A DNA stretch of 60,567 nt from an uncultured Gammaproteobacteria bacterium (GTDB lineage Bacteria > Patescibacteriota > Microgenomatia > 2-02-FULL-39-11), in assembly GCA_964354025.1 (NCBI GenBank), contig CAYGXQ010000002.1, positions 51,798 through 112,364 on the forward strand, given 5' to 3'. Under the pieces are notes generated by a model. It was not told the origin of the DNA. It searched no databases and saw only the letters and a list, made by a program, of their open reading frames with translations. Of this stretch, positions 26,528 through 35,621 are shown one piece after another. A program made the translations under genes and the position numbers. Every line of letters starts with the position of its first letter. Position 1 is the stretch's first letter.

Positions 26528-26911
26528 TTACTTCAACTCTACCGTCGCTCCGGCCGTAGTCAATTTTGTCTTGGCTTCCTCTGCCGTTTTTTTGTTGACT
26601 CCGGTTAAGACTTCTTTGGGAGCTGATTCCACCAATGTTTTGGCCTCCTGAAGACCGAGAGTCTGTACCAGTTCACGGACGGCTTTGATGACGCCGATTT
26701 TGTTGGTGCCGGCATTACTCAGCACCACATTGAAAGTCGTTTGTTCGGGAGCGGCTTCTCCTGCCGGTGCGCCTCCTGCTGGAGCTGCGACCGCCACTGG
26801 GGCTGCTGAAACACCGAATTTCTCTTCCAAAGCTTTGACGAGGTCTGCCAGTTCAAGGACTGACATTTCCTCAACTGATTTTAAGATTTCTTCTTTACTT
26901 AATTTTGCCAT
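26528..26911 (-). CDS. rplL: Ribosomal protein L7/L12
   Basis: [19 protein letters not shown] hinge, then [31 protein letters not shown]. Confidence 0.97.
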   Translation of the reverse strand: MAKLSKEEILKSVEEMSVLELADLVKALEEKFGVSAAPVAVAAPAGGAPAGEAAPEQTTFNVVLSNAGTNKIGVIKAVRELVQTLGLQEAKTLVESAPKEVLTGVNKKTAEEAKTKLTTAGATVELK

Positions 26912-26936
26912 AAACTTCTTTCACCCCCGTTCGTTA

Positions 26937-27458
26937 TTATTTTTTATTTTTAACATTTCCCAATACAGTTACTAATCTCTGTATATTCCAACTCAACGCG
27001 TAGTGCAGTCCCTGTATCGGTGAATTTAACCTGCCGGCCAAAGTAGCCAGGAGTACATCACGGGTTGGCAATGTCGCCAGTTTTAAAAAGTCGGCTTCAT
27101 TGGCCAGTTTACCGGCAAATACGCCGATTTTGATTTTAGGAAGCTGAAGAGTCTTGATGAATTTAGCCAGTTCCCTGATGGGTGCGATCTCGTCGCCGTA
27201 GATGAAGAGGGTAGCGGTGGGATTTTTCAGCTCCTTCGCCAAATCGTCTAATTGGGCAAATTTATTTTCTGACAGGGCAATTTTAACCAAAGTGTTTTTG
27301 GCCACCACCAGTTCCGCCTCGACTTTTTTGAGAGCCCGGCGCAGTTGTTCCAGCTGTTGGTGGGTGAGTCCGCGGTATTCGGCCAGAAAGACCGCCTTGG
27401 CGCGGCTCAATTTTTCTTTGATCAGTTTTACCTGGTCTGTTTTTCTTTGTGTCGGCAT
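26937..27458 (-). CDS. rplJ: Ribosomal protein L10
   Basis: MPTQRKTDQVKLIKEKLSRAKAVFLAEYRGLTHQQLEQLRRALKK. The ATG at 27458 is preferred over the ORF opening at 27491. Confidence 0.93.
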   Translation of the reverse strand: MPTQRKTDQVKLIKEKLSRAKAVFLAEYRGLTHQQLEQLRRALKKVEAELVVAKNTLVKIALSENKFAQLDDLAKELKNPTATLFIYGDEIAPIRELAKFIKTLQLPKIKIGVFAGKLANEADFLKLATLPTRDVLLATLAGRLNSPIQGLHYALSWNIQRLVTVLGNVKNKK

Positions 27459-27560
27459 ATATAAAATAAAACCTCGGCATTGCCGAGGCAACTAAACGCT
27501 AGACGCTATTCTCTAGACGCTAATCATTTCCTCGGCAAGACTTATTTTTGTGCTTGTTGT
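27459..27560 (-). promoter_or_regulatory. Possible rplJ leader structure
   Basis: Nested CCTCGGCA/TGCCGAGG inverted repeats (27473-27490 and 27530-27540) lie immediately upstream of rplJ. L10 leaders are known autoregulatory RNAs, but the identity here is not demonstrable by eye. Confidence 0.3.
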
Positions 27561-27661
27561 CTTCGGATACTCATATTTATACCACAAAATATTTTCGCAG
27601 ACAAGAGGGAAAAAGCCAAAGATTGCATTCCTGAAAAAGCAAGCTATAATTATAGGTCATT

Positions 27662-29311
27662 ATGGCTTTAGCAGAAACACTTAGAAAAGTCGAACGGTCT
27701 GGTGAGCTTCCTCAGATTACCCGGATAGTTGGTAGTGTCGTATTTGGACAGGAAGGAAACAAACAGGAAGCACTAATAGGTTTTTCTCCTGATGGTGGTT
27801 TGATTGCCTCTTCCGAAGAGGGATCCGTAGAAAGTCACGAATTACGAAGTTTTAGAATTGCCAATGCGGCTCAAGGAGAGACAACCAGGATAGAACTTGA
27901 CCCATCTATCAGGCGCGTTATCCCTGTCAGTATAGATTTGAATAATTCGGATATGTTACGAATTCCCGATATGTCAACTGCAAGAGGTACCAGGTATGAT
28001 ATTAGTCTCCCTCTTATTACTCCTATTAGAATAGGTAGAACTGAATACTATCAAGAGTCAAAAATACGGAATTTTCCTTTACCGCAATTGTTATACTTAT
28101 TTTCAGCTGTATCTTCCCCCAAACCGATTTTGGAGTTTATGGATACACGGGTTTTGCCTGAAAGAGCAGTCAGACGGAGGTCAAGCAGGCTTTGTTTATG
28201 TATGAAAGATCCGGAACAGACAGACACGGCGATTTTGATGTTTTTTGTCAATAGGCATGAGGGTACTTTTCAACGGCAGGAAGAGGAAATAGACAGCTGG
28301 GGCATGGCCCATCTTTTTTTCAACCGGATTTTAGCAAACTTAAACCCTATATATGAAAAAGACACTAAAGGAATTCTAGCCAGAATCAGGAGACAGCCTG
28401 AATATAAGAAAGCTCGGAGGGAACTCATCCGGGACCTGATGGAGCTTCAAGCGATTGCCACTATTGAGCATTACAGGCAATATCGGCAGACTCATAGAGA
28501 TCTAGTCGATGATGCAGTGTATGCTTCTATCCAGGCCGGACTGATGGATCTTCCCAATAAAGCTGGCAGTCGGGAAGCGGTCTTGAATCTTTTCCGTCCG
28601 CCGGAAGAATCTTCCAGCAGTGCGCCTCTTTCAAGAACAGAGTTGCCCGAATCAGAAAAAAGGAGAACGGAGTTTGATGAGGTTTTTAATAAGCTTGATT
28701 CTTTGTTAGGTTCTGAACCTGCTGTAATGGGATCAGATATTTGGGTGAAATATTACACTCAAGTATATCAAATTGCAGAAGAAGCAGATGAACCAAATAT
28801 AGTCAGGGCAGCCATTGCCAGGTTGGAATATTATGCTAAATATATCAAAGCAGAAAGTAAATTGACTTTAAAGGAGAGAAGGTCTCAGCATTCTTATGCA
28901 AGATCAGATCAATTAAGAACAGCCCAATTGACTTTCCACCAGAAATATCTGGAGGATGAGATGCAAGCGGCCGCCAATGCCCTTTGGTTGAGGTTGATCG
29001 GTTTTGCTAAATATTACGCATCAAGAAGAGACGCTGTTCGTACTCTAGAGATAATTGATGATTTCGAAGCGAACCTGGACCGGGATGACCCGCTTATGTT
29101 GCCACGCGAATTTTTCCTGGCCTTAGGAGAAATCGGCAGGAGTACAAAATTGAAAGATGAGATACTGGTGCGTCTTGAGAGGTACCAATACCAGGATAGG
29201 TATGCTTTCAGATATATTGAGGTTTATGAAGAGGGACTTAAATGGAGAAAACAAATCCGGACTCTTATTTCAGAAAACATCCGCGATATAGAAGAAAAAA
29301 AATTGGATTAA
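27662..29311 (+). CDS. Hypothetical cytoplasmic protein (549 aa)
   Basis: Long ORF, largely helical C-terminal half, no known motif. TTGCAT (27623-27628), 16-nt spacer, TATAAT (27645-27650), then 11 nt to the ATG. Confidence 0.55.
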   Translation: MALAETLRKVERSGELPQITRIVGSVVFGQEGNKQEALIGFSPDGGLIASSEEGSVESHELRSFRIANAAQGETTRIELDPSIRRVIPVSIDLNNSDMLRIPDMSTARGTRYDISLPLITPIRIGRTEYYQESKIRNFPLPQLLYLFSAVSSPKPILEFMDTRVLPERAVRRRSSRLCLCMKDPEQTDTAILMFFVNRHEGTFQRQEEEIDSWGMAHLFFNRILANLNPIYEKDTKGILARIRRQPEYKKARRELIRDLMELQAIATIEHYRQYRQTHRDLVDDAVYASIQAGLMDLPNKAGSREAVLNLFRPPEESSSSAPLSRTELPESEKRRTEFDEVFNKLDSLLGSEPAVMGSDIWVKYYTQVYQIAEEADEPNIVRAAIARLEYYAKYIKAESKLTLKERRSQHSYARSDQLRTAQLTFHQKYLEDEMQAAANALWLRLIGFAKYYASRRDAVRTLEIIDDFEANLDRDDPLMLPREFFLALGEIGRSTKLKDEILVRLERYQYQDRYAFRYIEVYEEGLKWRKQIRTLISENIRDIEEKKLD

Positions 29312-29349
29312 ACCACAACCATACACTAGGGTACACTAGGGGTACACTA

Positions 29350-29400
29350 GGGGACGGTCCTTTGATATCTTGACATGACGCCTCAGAAATGAAGTAGTTT
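29350..29400 (+). repeat. Solo copy of the left end of the RAYT unit
   Basis: GGGGACGGTCCTTTGATATCTTGACA... matches 38786-38838. Preceded by three tandem GTACACTAGGG units (29321-29352). Confidence 0.75.
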
Positions 29401-29407
29401 GCGGCAA

Positions 29408-30400
29408 TTACGGCAAAATGATTAGCGACCATTGCCGGAGAGTATTATATATCTGTTTGAAAAAATCAGTTGTTTTTTCCACCGTTTTCCTGATGGAGAT
29501 AAATGGAGTCGGTACGACAGGAGTTGTAGTCGGTTCAAATGTTTGTCTGTCCGTGGTCCCTCCGGCATTCATCTGACTATTCGGATAGTTGATGGGTTCC
29601 TGTATCGGTTCTTCGGTCGGATCTCTCGAAATTCTCTGGGTTTCTTGAGTCGGCCGGACAAAGGTATTGGGTCGGTTGATGGCTGGATTGGTCGGGCCAA
29701 GAACCGGAGTGTGATAGTTTTGCGGCGGATTGGTCGGTTGGAGATTTGCAGCTTGGGTGGGTGATAATTGGCCGTGGTAGTCCGGCTGGTTAGGAATAAT
29801 AGTGTCTTCCGCGTCCTGAAACGGCGGGACATAGCGGGTGGGTGACGGGCCGTAAGTGGGTGTTGGCGGAAGAGGCGTCGCAGTCGGTTTGGGCTTTTTA
29901 GTCGGTGTGGGGACAGGCGTTTCCGTCGGTTCTTCCTCGTATTCCGGCGGCTCGTTGTAGCAGTAGCCGCCTGATCCTGGCGGATTTTGAGCGTCGTATG
30001 CTTCTCCGGACATGATTACTTCACCGCAGCATTCGCTATTGCAAGTGCCGGCACACCCGCCGGTGAAATCTCCTCTACGGCAGGGATCATTATGGGAAAA
30101 TTTACAGGGTCCGTAAGGATAATCAGTATGATAAAGCACGCGGATGCATTGAGAGCAGAGGCTGCCGTTACCGTTATCCACCAGGCAGGAATTCACTTCA
30201 AAGCCATGCGCGTCATATTTGCCGTAATCGCATTCAGGAGTATCATTGAAGCGTCTGCCGCCGTCCGGACAATAAGTGTCTGCTGCTTTACTTCTGGTTT
30301 CCAATTGGCTGTTTTGTATAAAGATCGAAGTGCCGACTACAGACAGAGAGAAAACGCTGAGGAAAATTAAAAAATAAATATTTCTGTTACGGGTTTTCAT
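29408..30400 (-). CDS. Secreted Cys-rich / Pro-Thr-rich protein
   Basis: N-terminal signal anchor, about 20 Cys in about 110 aa, then PT-rich low-complexity sequence. Confidence 0.6.
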   Translation of the reverse strand: MKTRNRNIYFLIFLSVFSLSVVGTSIFIQNSQLETRSKAADTYCPDGGRRFNDTPECDYGKYDAHGFEVNSCLVDNGNGSLCSQCIRVLYHTDYPYGPCKFSHNDPCRRGDFTGGCAGTCNSECCGEVIMSGEAYDAQNPPGSGGYCYNEPPEYEEEPTETPVPTPTKKPKPTATPLPPTPTYGPSPTRYVPPFQDAEDTIIPNQPDYHGQLSPTQAANLQPTNPPQNYHTPVLGPTNPAINRPNTFVRPTQETQRISRDPTEEPIQEPINYPNSQMNAGGTTDRQTFEPTTTPVVPTPFISIRKTVEKTTDFFKQIYNTLRQWSLIILP

Positions 30401-30411
30401 ATATTTCTTTT

Positions 30412-30467
30412 GTCATTGCGATCCCGAGCCTGTCGAGGGAGAAGCAATCCCGTCCGAGATTGCCACG
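30412..30467. repeat. REP-like family A copy (reverse orientation, truncated)
   Basis: GTCATTGCGATCCCGAGCCTGTCGAGGGAGAAGCAATCCCGTCCGAGATTGCCACG matches the reverse complement of 1349-1427. Confidence 0.8.
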
Positions 30468-30473
30468 GCTACT

Positions 30474-30914
30474 TCATTGATAGTTGTATTCAATGTCTAA
30501 TAATGCCGTTTGGTCGTCGCCCAGCCCTTTTGCCCTCAGCCAGTCGAAGAAATTGATTTTTGCCAAAGCCTGACTGTCTTTATTGAGAGTGACGGTGAAG
30601 AAAAAATGGCCATTTTTAAATCCGCCGGTTTTCACGGAAAAATTTTCCGCCTTGTAGGGACTCAAGTTTGCTAAAAAGACATCCGGATGGTTAATCCTTT
30701 GGAACTCTTTTTCCTTTTCCGCCGCTTTTTCCGGGAAAGTATCGATGAAAGCGGTGGTGACTGTTGGTTTTTTGATCTCCAGCGGTTGGTAGCTGTTGGT
30801 GAATTTTTGAGATTCGGGCGATTCGGTAGCTTTTTTCAATGACAACACTAGGATAAGGATAACGAGAAGAACCAGACCGACGGCGATTATGATCAATAAC
30901 TTCTTTTTGTTCAT
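30474..30914 (-). CDS. Membrane-anchored hypothetical protein (146 aa)
   Basis: N-terminal TM (LLIIIAVGLVLLVILILVL). ATGA overlap with the upstream CHAP gene. Confidence 0.55.
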   Translation of the reverse strand: MNKKKLLIIIAVGLVLLVILILVLSLKKATESPESQKFTNSYQPLEIKKPTVTTAFIDTFPEKAAEKEKEFQRINHPDVFLANLSPYKAENFSVKTGGFKNGHFFFTVTLNKDSQALAKINFFDWLRAKGLGDDQTALLDIEYNYQ

Positions 30915-31615
30915 ATTCTTCTCAACCAGCCGCGAAAATATGGCGCATCAATTGTTTCGATTCTTCCTATCCGAACTAGCCCTCGGCCATCCCAATGTCC
31001 TTCGGCGACTTCAAAAGTATCGGCGTCATAGATTTTCGTCACATAGGCCATATGACCATAAGTATACCAATCCCAAAGAGGCAGGTCGCCCACCTCAATT
31101 TGGATTGTACCATTATTTTTGTCGACAAATTGGTAACCGGTGGGCGGAGTGGTGATATAAGCCTTAGCGTAGAGAGTTTCGGGGAAAGTAGTCCCGCTGG
31201 CAGTCAGATCAGCCGCTTTCACGAAGCCGACGCATTGAAGATAAGTGTTATTAAAGGTCGAAGTACGCATGACATCGATGACTTGGGGTGGAAGAGGAGG
31301 GGTGATGTTTTCCACACAGGAAAAATTGCGGATGGTTACTCTGCCCCAGACGCCATCTTCTTCGCAATTGGCTATTATTGAGTTTATCAGTTGTTCAACT
31401 TGGTCCAAATCTTCAGGCGGGATATTGGTAATGTAGGGGATTATCGGCGTCGGGGTCGTCGGTTCCGGCGTGGGAGTAATCGTTGGTGTCGGGGTGATTG
31501 TCGGCCTTGGCGGCTGCCAGAATTTGAGCTTGATAGTGAAAGGGTCGAAGGCAGAAACAGGTTGAGGAATAATGAGAATAACAAATAAAATGAATAAAAT
31601 TTTTCTGAATGACAT
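30911..31615 (-). CDS. Secreted CHAP-domain peptidoglycan hydrolase-like protein
   Basis: Signal peptide MSFRKILFILFVILIIPQPVSA, PT linker, Cys motif QCVGFVK and His motif GHMAYVTKI...VAEGHW. GAGGA SD lies before the ATG at 31615. Confidence 0.6.
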   Translation of the reverse strand: MSFRKILFILFVILIIPQPVSAFDPFTIKLKFWQPPRPTITPTPTITPTPEPTTPTPIIPYITNIPPEDLDQVEQLINSIIANCEEDGVWGRVTIRNFSCVENITPPLPPQVIDVMRTSTFNNTYLQCVGFVKAADLTASGTTFPETLYAKAYITTPPTGYQFVDKNNGTIQIEVGDLPLWDWYTYGHMAYVTKIYDADTFEVAEGHWDGRGLVRIGRIETIDAPYFRGWLRRI

Positions 31616-31700
31616 AACAATCCTCATTTCCAGTTTAGATTCTGTTGGAAGATCAGTCAAGGAGGAAGGAAGGTGTCTATTTAGAGTTTCCCGATAGCAG

Positions 31701-31807
31701 GTCATCGCGAGCGATCCGCCAGTTGGCGGAGAGCGTGGCGATCCCGTAGGAATTACTGTAGCATAACGGGATTGCTTCTCCCGATTTCCATCAGGATCGC
31801 AATGACA
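31701..31807. repeat. REP-like family A copy (long form)
   Basis: GTCATCGCGAGCG...GGATCGCAATGAC. Confidence 0.8.
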
Positions 31808-31862
31808 TTGTTTTTCGGGAAGAACTGAATAATTACGAAGGAAGGAAAACTTCAGTCAGAAT

Positions 31863-34127
31863 TTATTCAGCCGCCGGAGGTGTAGGTTCGCCGGAGAAAA
31901 CGGTTGTAGCTTTAGGAAGAGATGCGGGAATAGGAATATCTGCGGCTAGAAATATTTGTTCCATCCGTTTACGGTCCAGTTGCGGGTGTTGGGCTAGATC
32001 TACAGCGGCCGATAATCTGTCCCGCCATTGTGGTAATTCTTGTATTTTATAGAATACCCGTGAAGCTGCATACATTTTAATATCCGATAATGTTTTATGA
32101 AACGTGTCTGGTGACATGTCAGAAGGAAGCATTATGGCTATCGCTACAAACCAATTGAAAAGAGCTGTGGTGACCATATGTTCAAGCGTGACCGTGTCTA
32201 TTTGTTTTTTCAAGCTGGCCGCTGGTAGTTGCATAAGATCAACAAGAGCGCTTTCTTGTTGTTTCAGAAGACGAGATGTCAAGGCAGATAATATTTCTTC
32301 AGCTCGGTCTGCCATTATTGCGTTTTGACGAAAAGCATCCTCTGCTACATTAAAAAAATCAGTAGAAGCAAGAGCTTCGAGGATAGTTCTACATTCTTCA
32401 AGTCCAAAGTGGCGTTTTTTATCGAGAGAAAAATAATCCACAAAGACGCTATCTTCAGCTATTTGTTTTTTGGCACGATGCGGTGTCTTTGTGGATGTCA
32501 ATACCCGGAGAAGCTGTTCTTTTTCCCATAGCGAGTATTCCGGTTGGGGAGGCAGACCATGTCGTTCAGGAGCAAGGTTATTTAAACCGGCGATAAGCGC
32601 GTCTGCTTTGGTAATCCTTTTAGCGATTAAATCATCTGCCAATCCAGCTATATAAGGTTTTACATTCTCAAAAATCTTTTTCCATCGTTCTGTTCTTTCC
32701 GCCACTAAATACTCATCATTCGGAGCAATTCCGTCCGCCTTGAGCCAGGCGTCCTGTTTGGCGTCGAGGATGGCATTGATCAAAGGTCTCTTATCTTCCG
32801 AGTAAAATCTTTCGGCTATTATATCAAGGAAAAAGTCTCTCTGTTGTTCTGGAAGATCACCGTCACGTAAAAGCTGGATCCATACCGGCGATTGGCGATC
32901 AGTACCGGCTGGGGGTACTTTCAGCAGGAATTCTGGTCTGCTCGCCAAGAGGAGTGTCATAAGTGTATTTGTATAATCACGGGAATTCGGTATTATCTTA
33001 TAAGTTTCCCACATCGTTTTATCGTCAGCCCTGCTAAATAATTCCCGGCTTATACCGGCAGCTTTGTCTTCTAGCCATTTATTATCAGTTAGTATTATTT
33101 TTCGCTTTCTTTCATTTAATATACAGGCGATGAGATGATCAGACGTGATTGCTTGAGCCTTTTCTGCCTCCGGTAATGAATCTTCCAGTCTGACGGCGGT
33201 TATACGGGCATAATTTAATTGTTGAGGATATGAAGTGTGATTCATTTCTCTTTCCTGTAAACCTAAAGTGTGAGTCCAGACTGCCTGGACTAAGGTTAAA
33301 TTTCCTTTTGGCAAACGGTCTAAAAAGTTTTGATAAGCGGTTAGATCCTCGTCGTAAAGGCGACCAACTTGCGCTTTCTGAAAAAATTCTGTAATCAAGT
33401 TTTGATGATCGATTAAAACTTCTTCCGGCACACGGCTTAAGATAGGCATAGTCTTTTTATGTGTGAAATGATTCTGTGCTTCTTGAATCCCATCAAGCAT
33501 GACATCCTCAGCTATTTGTTTCCAAAAAGTAGTGTTCTCCGGCGGTGGCGGAGCGGTCTCTGTATAATTTGCTAACAGATTTAGCCATTGGTTTGCTACT
33601 ATTGGTTCTCTCCGGTATGTCGAGGCAAATTCCCTGGTTTGGGTGTATAGGAGATATTTATTTTCAGCGGAAAAGTTTTCCTCCGGCATAGTCATCATCT
33701 GTCCGATGACAGCCAGCACATCTCCCGTTCTATCGGCCGGCCGATCACTAGCGTCAATAAAAGGTTTTGCATCCGTGGGGGTAAGCCCAAAAATATGGAA
33801 AAGTTCAGCGCTTCGGGTGACAACTTTCTTAAAGGGATTTTCTCCTTTCCCCGTAACACTATTAAATGCCGCTAGGCAGCTTGTTAATACAAGACCTTTT
33901 CCTTCTTCGCCAAGCAGGCTAACTCCCGGGATTATTCCAAGCGGAGTTTCCATTAATTCACGGTTTCCTGTTTCCCAGGTAGCGTTTCCAGACTGAAGGT
34001 AACTTTGTAGTAATGTGGGTAAACTAGCGGCAAATCCTATTAATAAATCTTTTCTTGTTAATGGTGAAGATTCTTGAACTTGTTCAGTGGCAATTGCTTT
34101 TTCTCGAGCTACTTCTTGTAGTGCCAT
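31863..34127 (-). CDS. Hypothetical all-alpha protein (754 aa)
   Basis: Long uninterrupted ORF with no recognisable motif. Confidence 0.55.
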   Translation of the reverse strand: MALQEVAREKAIATEQVQESSPLTRKDLLIGFAASLPTLLQSYLQSGNATWETGNRELMETPLGIIPGVSLLGEEGKGLVLTSCLAAFNSVTGKGENPFKKVVTRSAELFHIFGLTPTDAKPFIDASDRPADRTGDVLAVIGQMMTMPEENFSAENKYLLYTQTREFASTYRREPIVANQWLNLLANYTETAPPPPENTTFWKQIAEDVMLDGIQEAQNHFTHKKTMPILSRVPEEVLIDHQNLITEFFQKAQVGRLYDEDLTAYQNFLDRLPKGNLTLVQAVWTHTLGLQEREMNHTSYPQQLNYARITAVRLEDSLPEAEKAQAITSDHLIACILNERKRKIILTDNKWLEDKAAGISRELFSRADDKTMWETYKIIPNSRDYTNTLMTLLLASRPEFLLKVPPAGTDRQSPVWIQLLRDGDLPEQQRDFFLDIIAERFYSEDKRPLINAILDAKQDAWLKADGIAPNDEYLVAERTERWKKIFENVKPYIAGLADDLIAKRITKADALIAGLNNLAPERHGLPPQPEYSLWEKEQLLRVLTSTKTPHRAKKQIAEDSVFVDYFSLDKKRHFGLEECRTILEALASTDFFNVAEDAFRQNAIMADRAEEILSALTSRLLKQQESALVDLMQLPAASLKKQIDTVTLEHMVTTALFNWFVAIAIMLPSDMSPDTFHKTLSDIKMYAASRVFYKIQELPQWRDRLSAAVDLAQHPQLDRKRMEQIFLAADIPIPASLPKATTVFSGEPTPPAAE

Positions 34128-34204
34128 AAAAAACCTACCTCTTGGGCAGGGGATAGTAATATTGGCGGATTATAGCACGCCGGGTCAAAAAATATCAAAT
34201 TCCC

Positions 34205-34230
34205 GCTTTTCTCCCCGGGCTCAGGGTGGA
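34205..34230 (-). repeat. rplA 3'-end remnant G
   Basis: GCTTTTCTCCCCGGGCTCAGGGTGGA vs the rplA-copy end ACTTTTATCCCCGGACTCATGGTGGA (38384-38409). Confidence 0.6.
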
Positions 34231-34304
34231 TATTGGTATGACATTTTAGTATTAAAATGCATATTGACACTTTGCAATTTAGTAGTAAAATGAAAGGTAG
34301 AAAT

Positions 34305-35456
34305 ATGCTTAAACGTGCGATTGAGGCTAAAATAGAGGAGTATTTACGGGGGAAAGATTATAAAACCTTCTATATTTGGGGTCCGCGGCGTTCCGGGAAA
34401 ACAACGCTCCTGCAAAAACTCTCCCAGAAACTGAAGGTGCCGATTTTTAATTTTGATTTTTCTTCGGATCACGAGAAGTTTAAACCGGACAGAGAAACAC
34501 TGGAAAAACTGGTTAGCCAAAACCGGGTAATTCTCATCGATGAAGTGCAAAACTATCCGCAGGCGACAGTCGCCCTGAAACTATTGCACGATGAGTTTAA
34601 AACCAAAGTGATCGCCACTGGAAGCAGTGAACTTAAACAAAAAGGCAAAGAGTTTGATACTCAGGTGGGCCGGTTCACAGAGCACTATTGTTTACCACTG
34701 TCCATTTCGGAAATTAAAGCAAACAGTACTTACAAAGCGTACGATGAAAAAGCTTTTGAGAAGAAGCTGCTTGAAAATCTTCAGATTTTTGGCTCATACC
34801 CGGAAGTTTACGCGCCGGGGACTATCACGGATGAGGCAAAGATCAAATTACTTGAAAATATTGTCAATGCTTATGTCTTAAAAGACGTGATTGACATCTA
34901 TGAACTTAAAAATGAGAAACTGGCCCGGGACATCCTCACCAAAATTGCCCTCCAGTTAGGCAGCGAAGTCTCCATCCGGGAAATTGCCGCCAGCTTAGGT
35001 TCAAATGGCGTCACGGTGGCAAACTACATTGAAATTTTTATTAAAAACTATATTCTAATTCCTCTGCCGTCCTTCAAAACCAACACCAGAAAAGCCGTCT
35101 CGGAAAACCGGAAACTCTATTTTTATGATTTAGGCGTCCGTAACGCCCTGGTCAAAGATTTCAGGGAAACCAGGCTGCGGCCGGATCAGGGCGGACTATT
35201 TGAAAATTTCATTATTCTGGAAATTGAGAAACAGCGGAAAAATACCGAGGTGAAACGCAATCTCTATTTCTACCGGGAATACGGCGGAAAAGAGATTGAC
35301 TTGGTGATTGAGGACTATTTCAAAAAGTACAATTGTGTTGAGATTAAAATGCAAAAGCACGGAGGCAATAAGGATATTTTTCCTTTGCCCCATACCTATA
35401 CTAAAATCGACGGCGATAATTATTTTGCAAAAACCTCACGAGTGTTGGATCATTAA
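34305..35456 (+). CDS. AAA ATPase, DUF4143-containing family
   Basis: Walker A GPRRSGKTTLL, Walker B VILIDEVQ. C-terminal part is typical of the AAA_14/DUF4143 architecture. Paralog at 49062..50285. Confidence 0.8.
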   Translation: MLKRAIEAKIEEYLRGKDYKTFYIWGPRRSGKTTLLQKLSQKLKVPIFNFDFSSDHEKFKPDRETLEKLVSQNRVILIDEVQNYPQATVALKLLHDEFKTKVIATGSSELKQKGKEFDTQVGRFTEHYCLPLSISEIKANSTYKAYDEKAFEKKLLENLQIFGSYPEVYAPGTITDEAKIKLLENIVNAYVLKDVIDIYELKNEKLARDILTKIALQLGSEVSIREIAASLGSNGVTVANYIEIFIKNYILIPLPSFKTNTRKAVSENRKLYFYDLGVRNALVKDFRETRLRPDQGGLFENFIILEIEKQRKNTEVKRNLYFYREYGGKEIDLVIEDYFKKYNCVEIKMQKHGGNKDIFPLPHTYTKIDGDNYFAKTSRVLDH

Positions 35457-35550
35457 ACTTGTACTTATCCCCGGACTCATGAATTAATCCTTAAATTACC
35501 CCATAATTTATTTCTCTCAACCGTAAAAAGCCTGTTAGATAATATATAAT
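35457..35550. repeat. rplA 3'-end remnant E plus a ~70-nt block shared with 41857-41925
   Basis: ACTTGTACTTATCCCCGGACTCATG, then GAATTAATCCTTAAATTACCCCATAATTTATTTCTCTCAACCGTAAAAAGCCTGTTAGATAATATATAAT. The block is nearly identical in both copies. Confidence 0.75.
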
Positions 35551-35621
35551 CCCAAAGTTGCTCTTTATTAGCCATTAACCTATAATACACCGTTAGCCCA
35601 AAAGTAGAGCGAGGGTAAAAT

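Noticed and set aside
29321-29352. Tandem GTACACTAGGG x3, considered as a possible mini CRISPR or array
   Set aside because: Units are 11-12 nt, contiguous and without spacers. No cas genes and no 25-40 nt repeat/spacer periodicity occur anywhere in the window.
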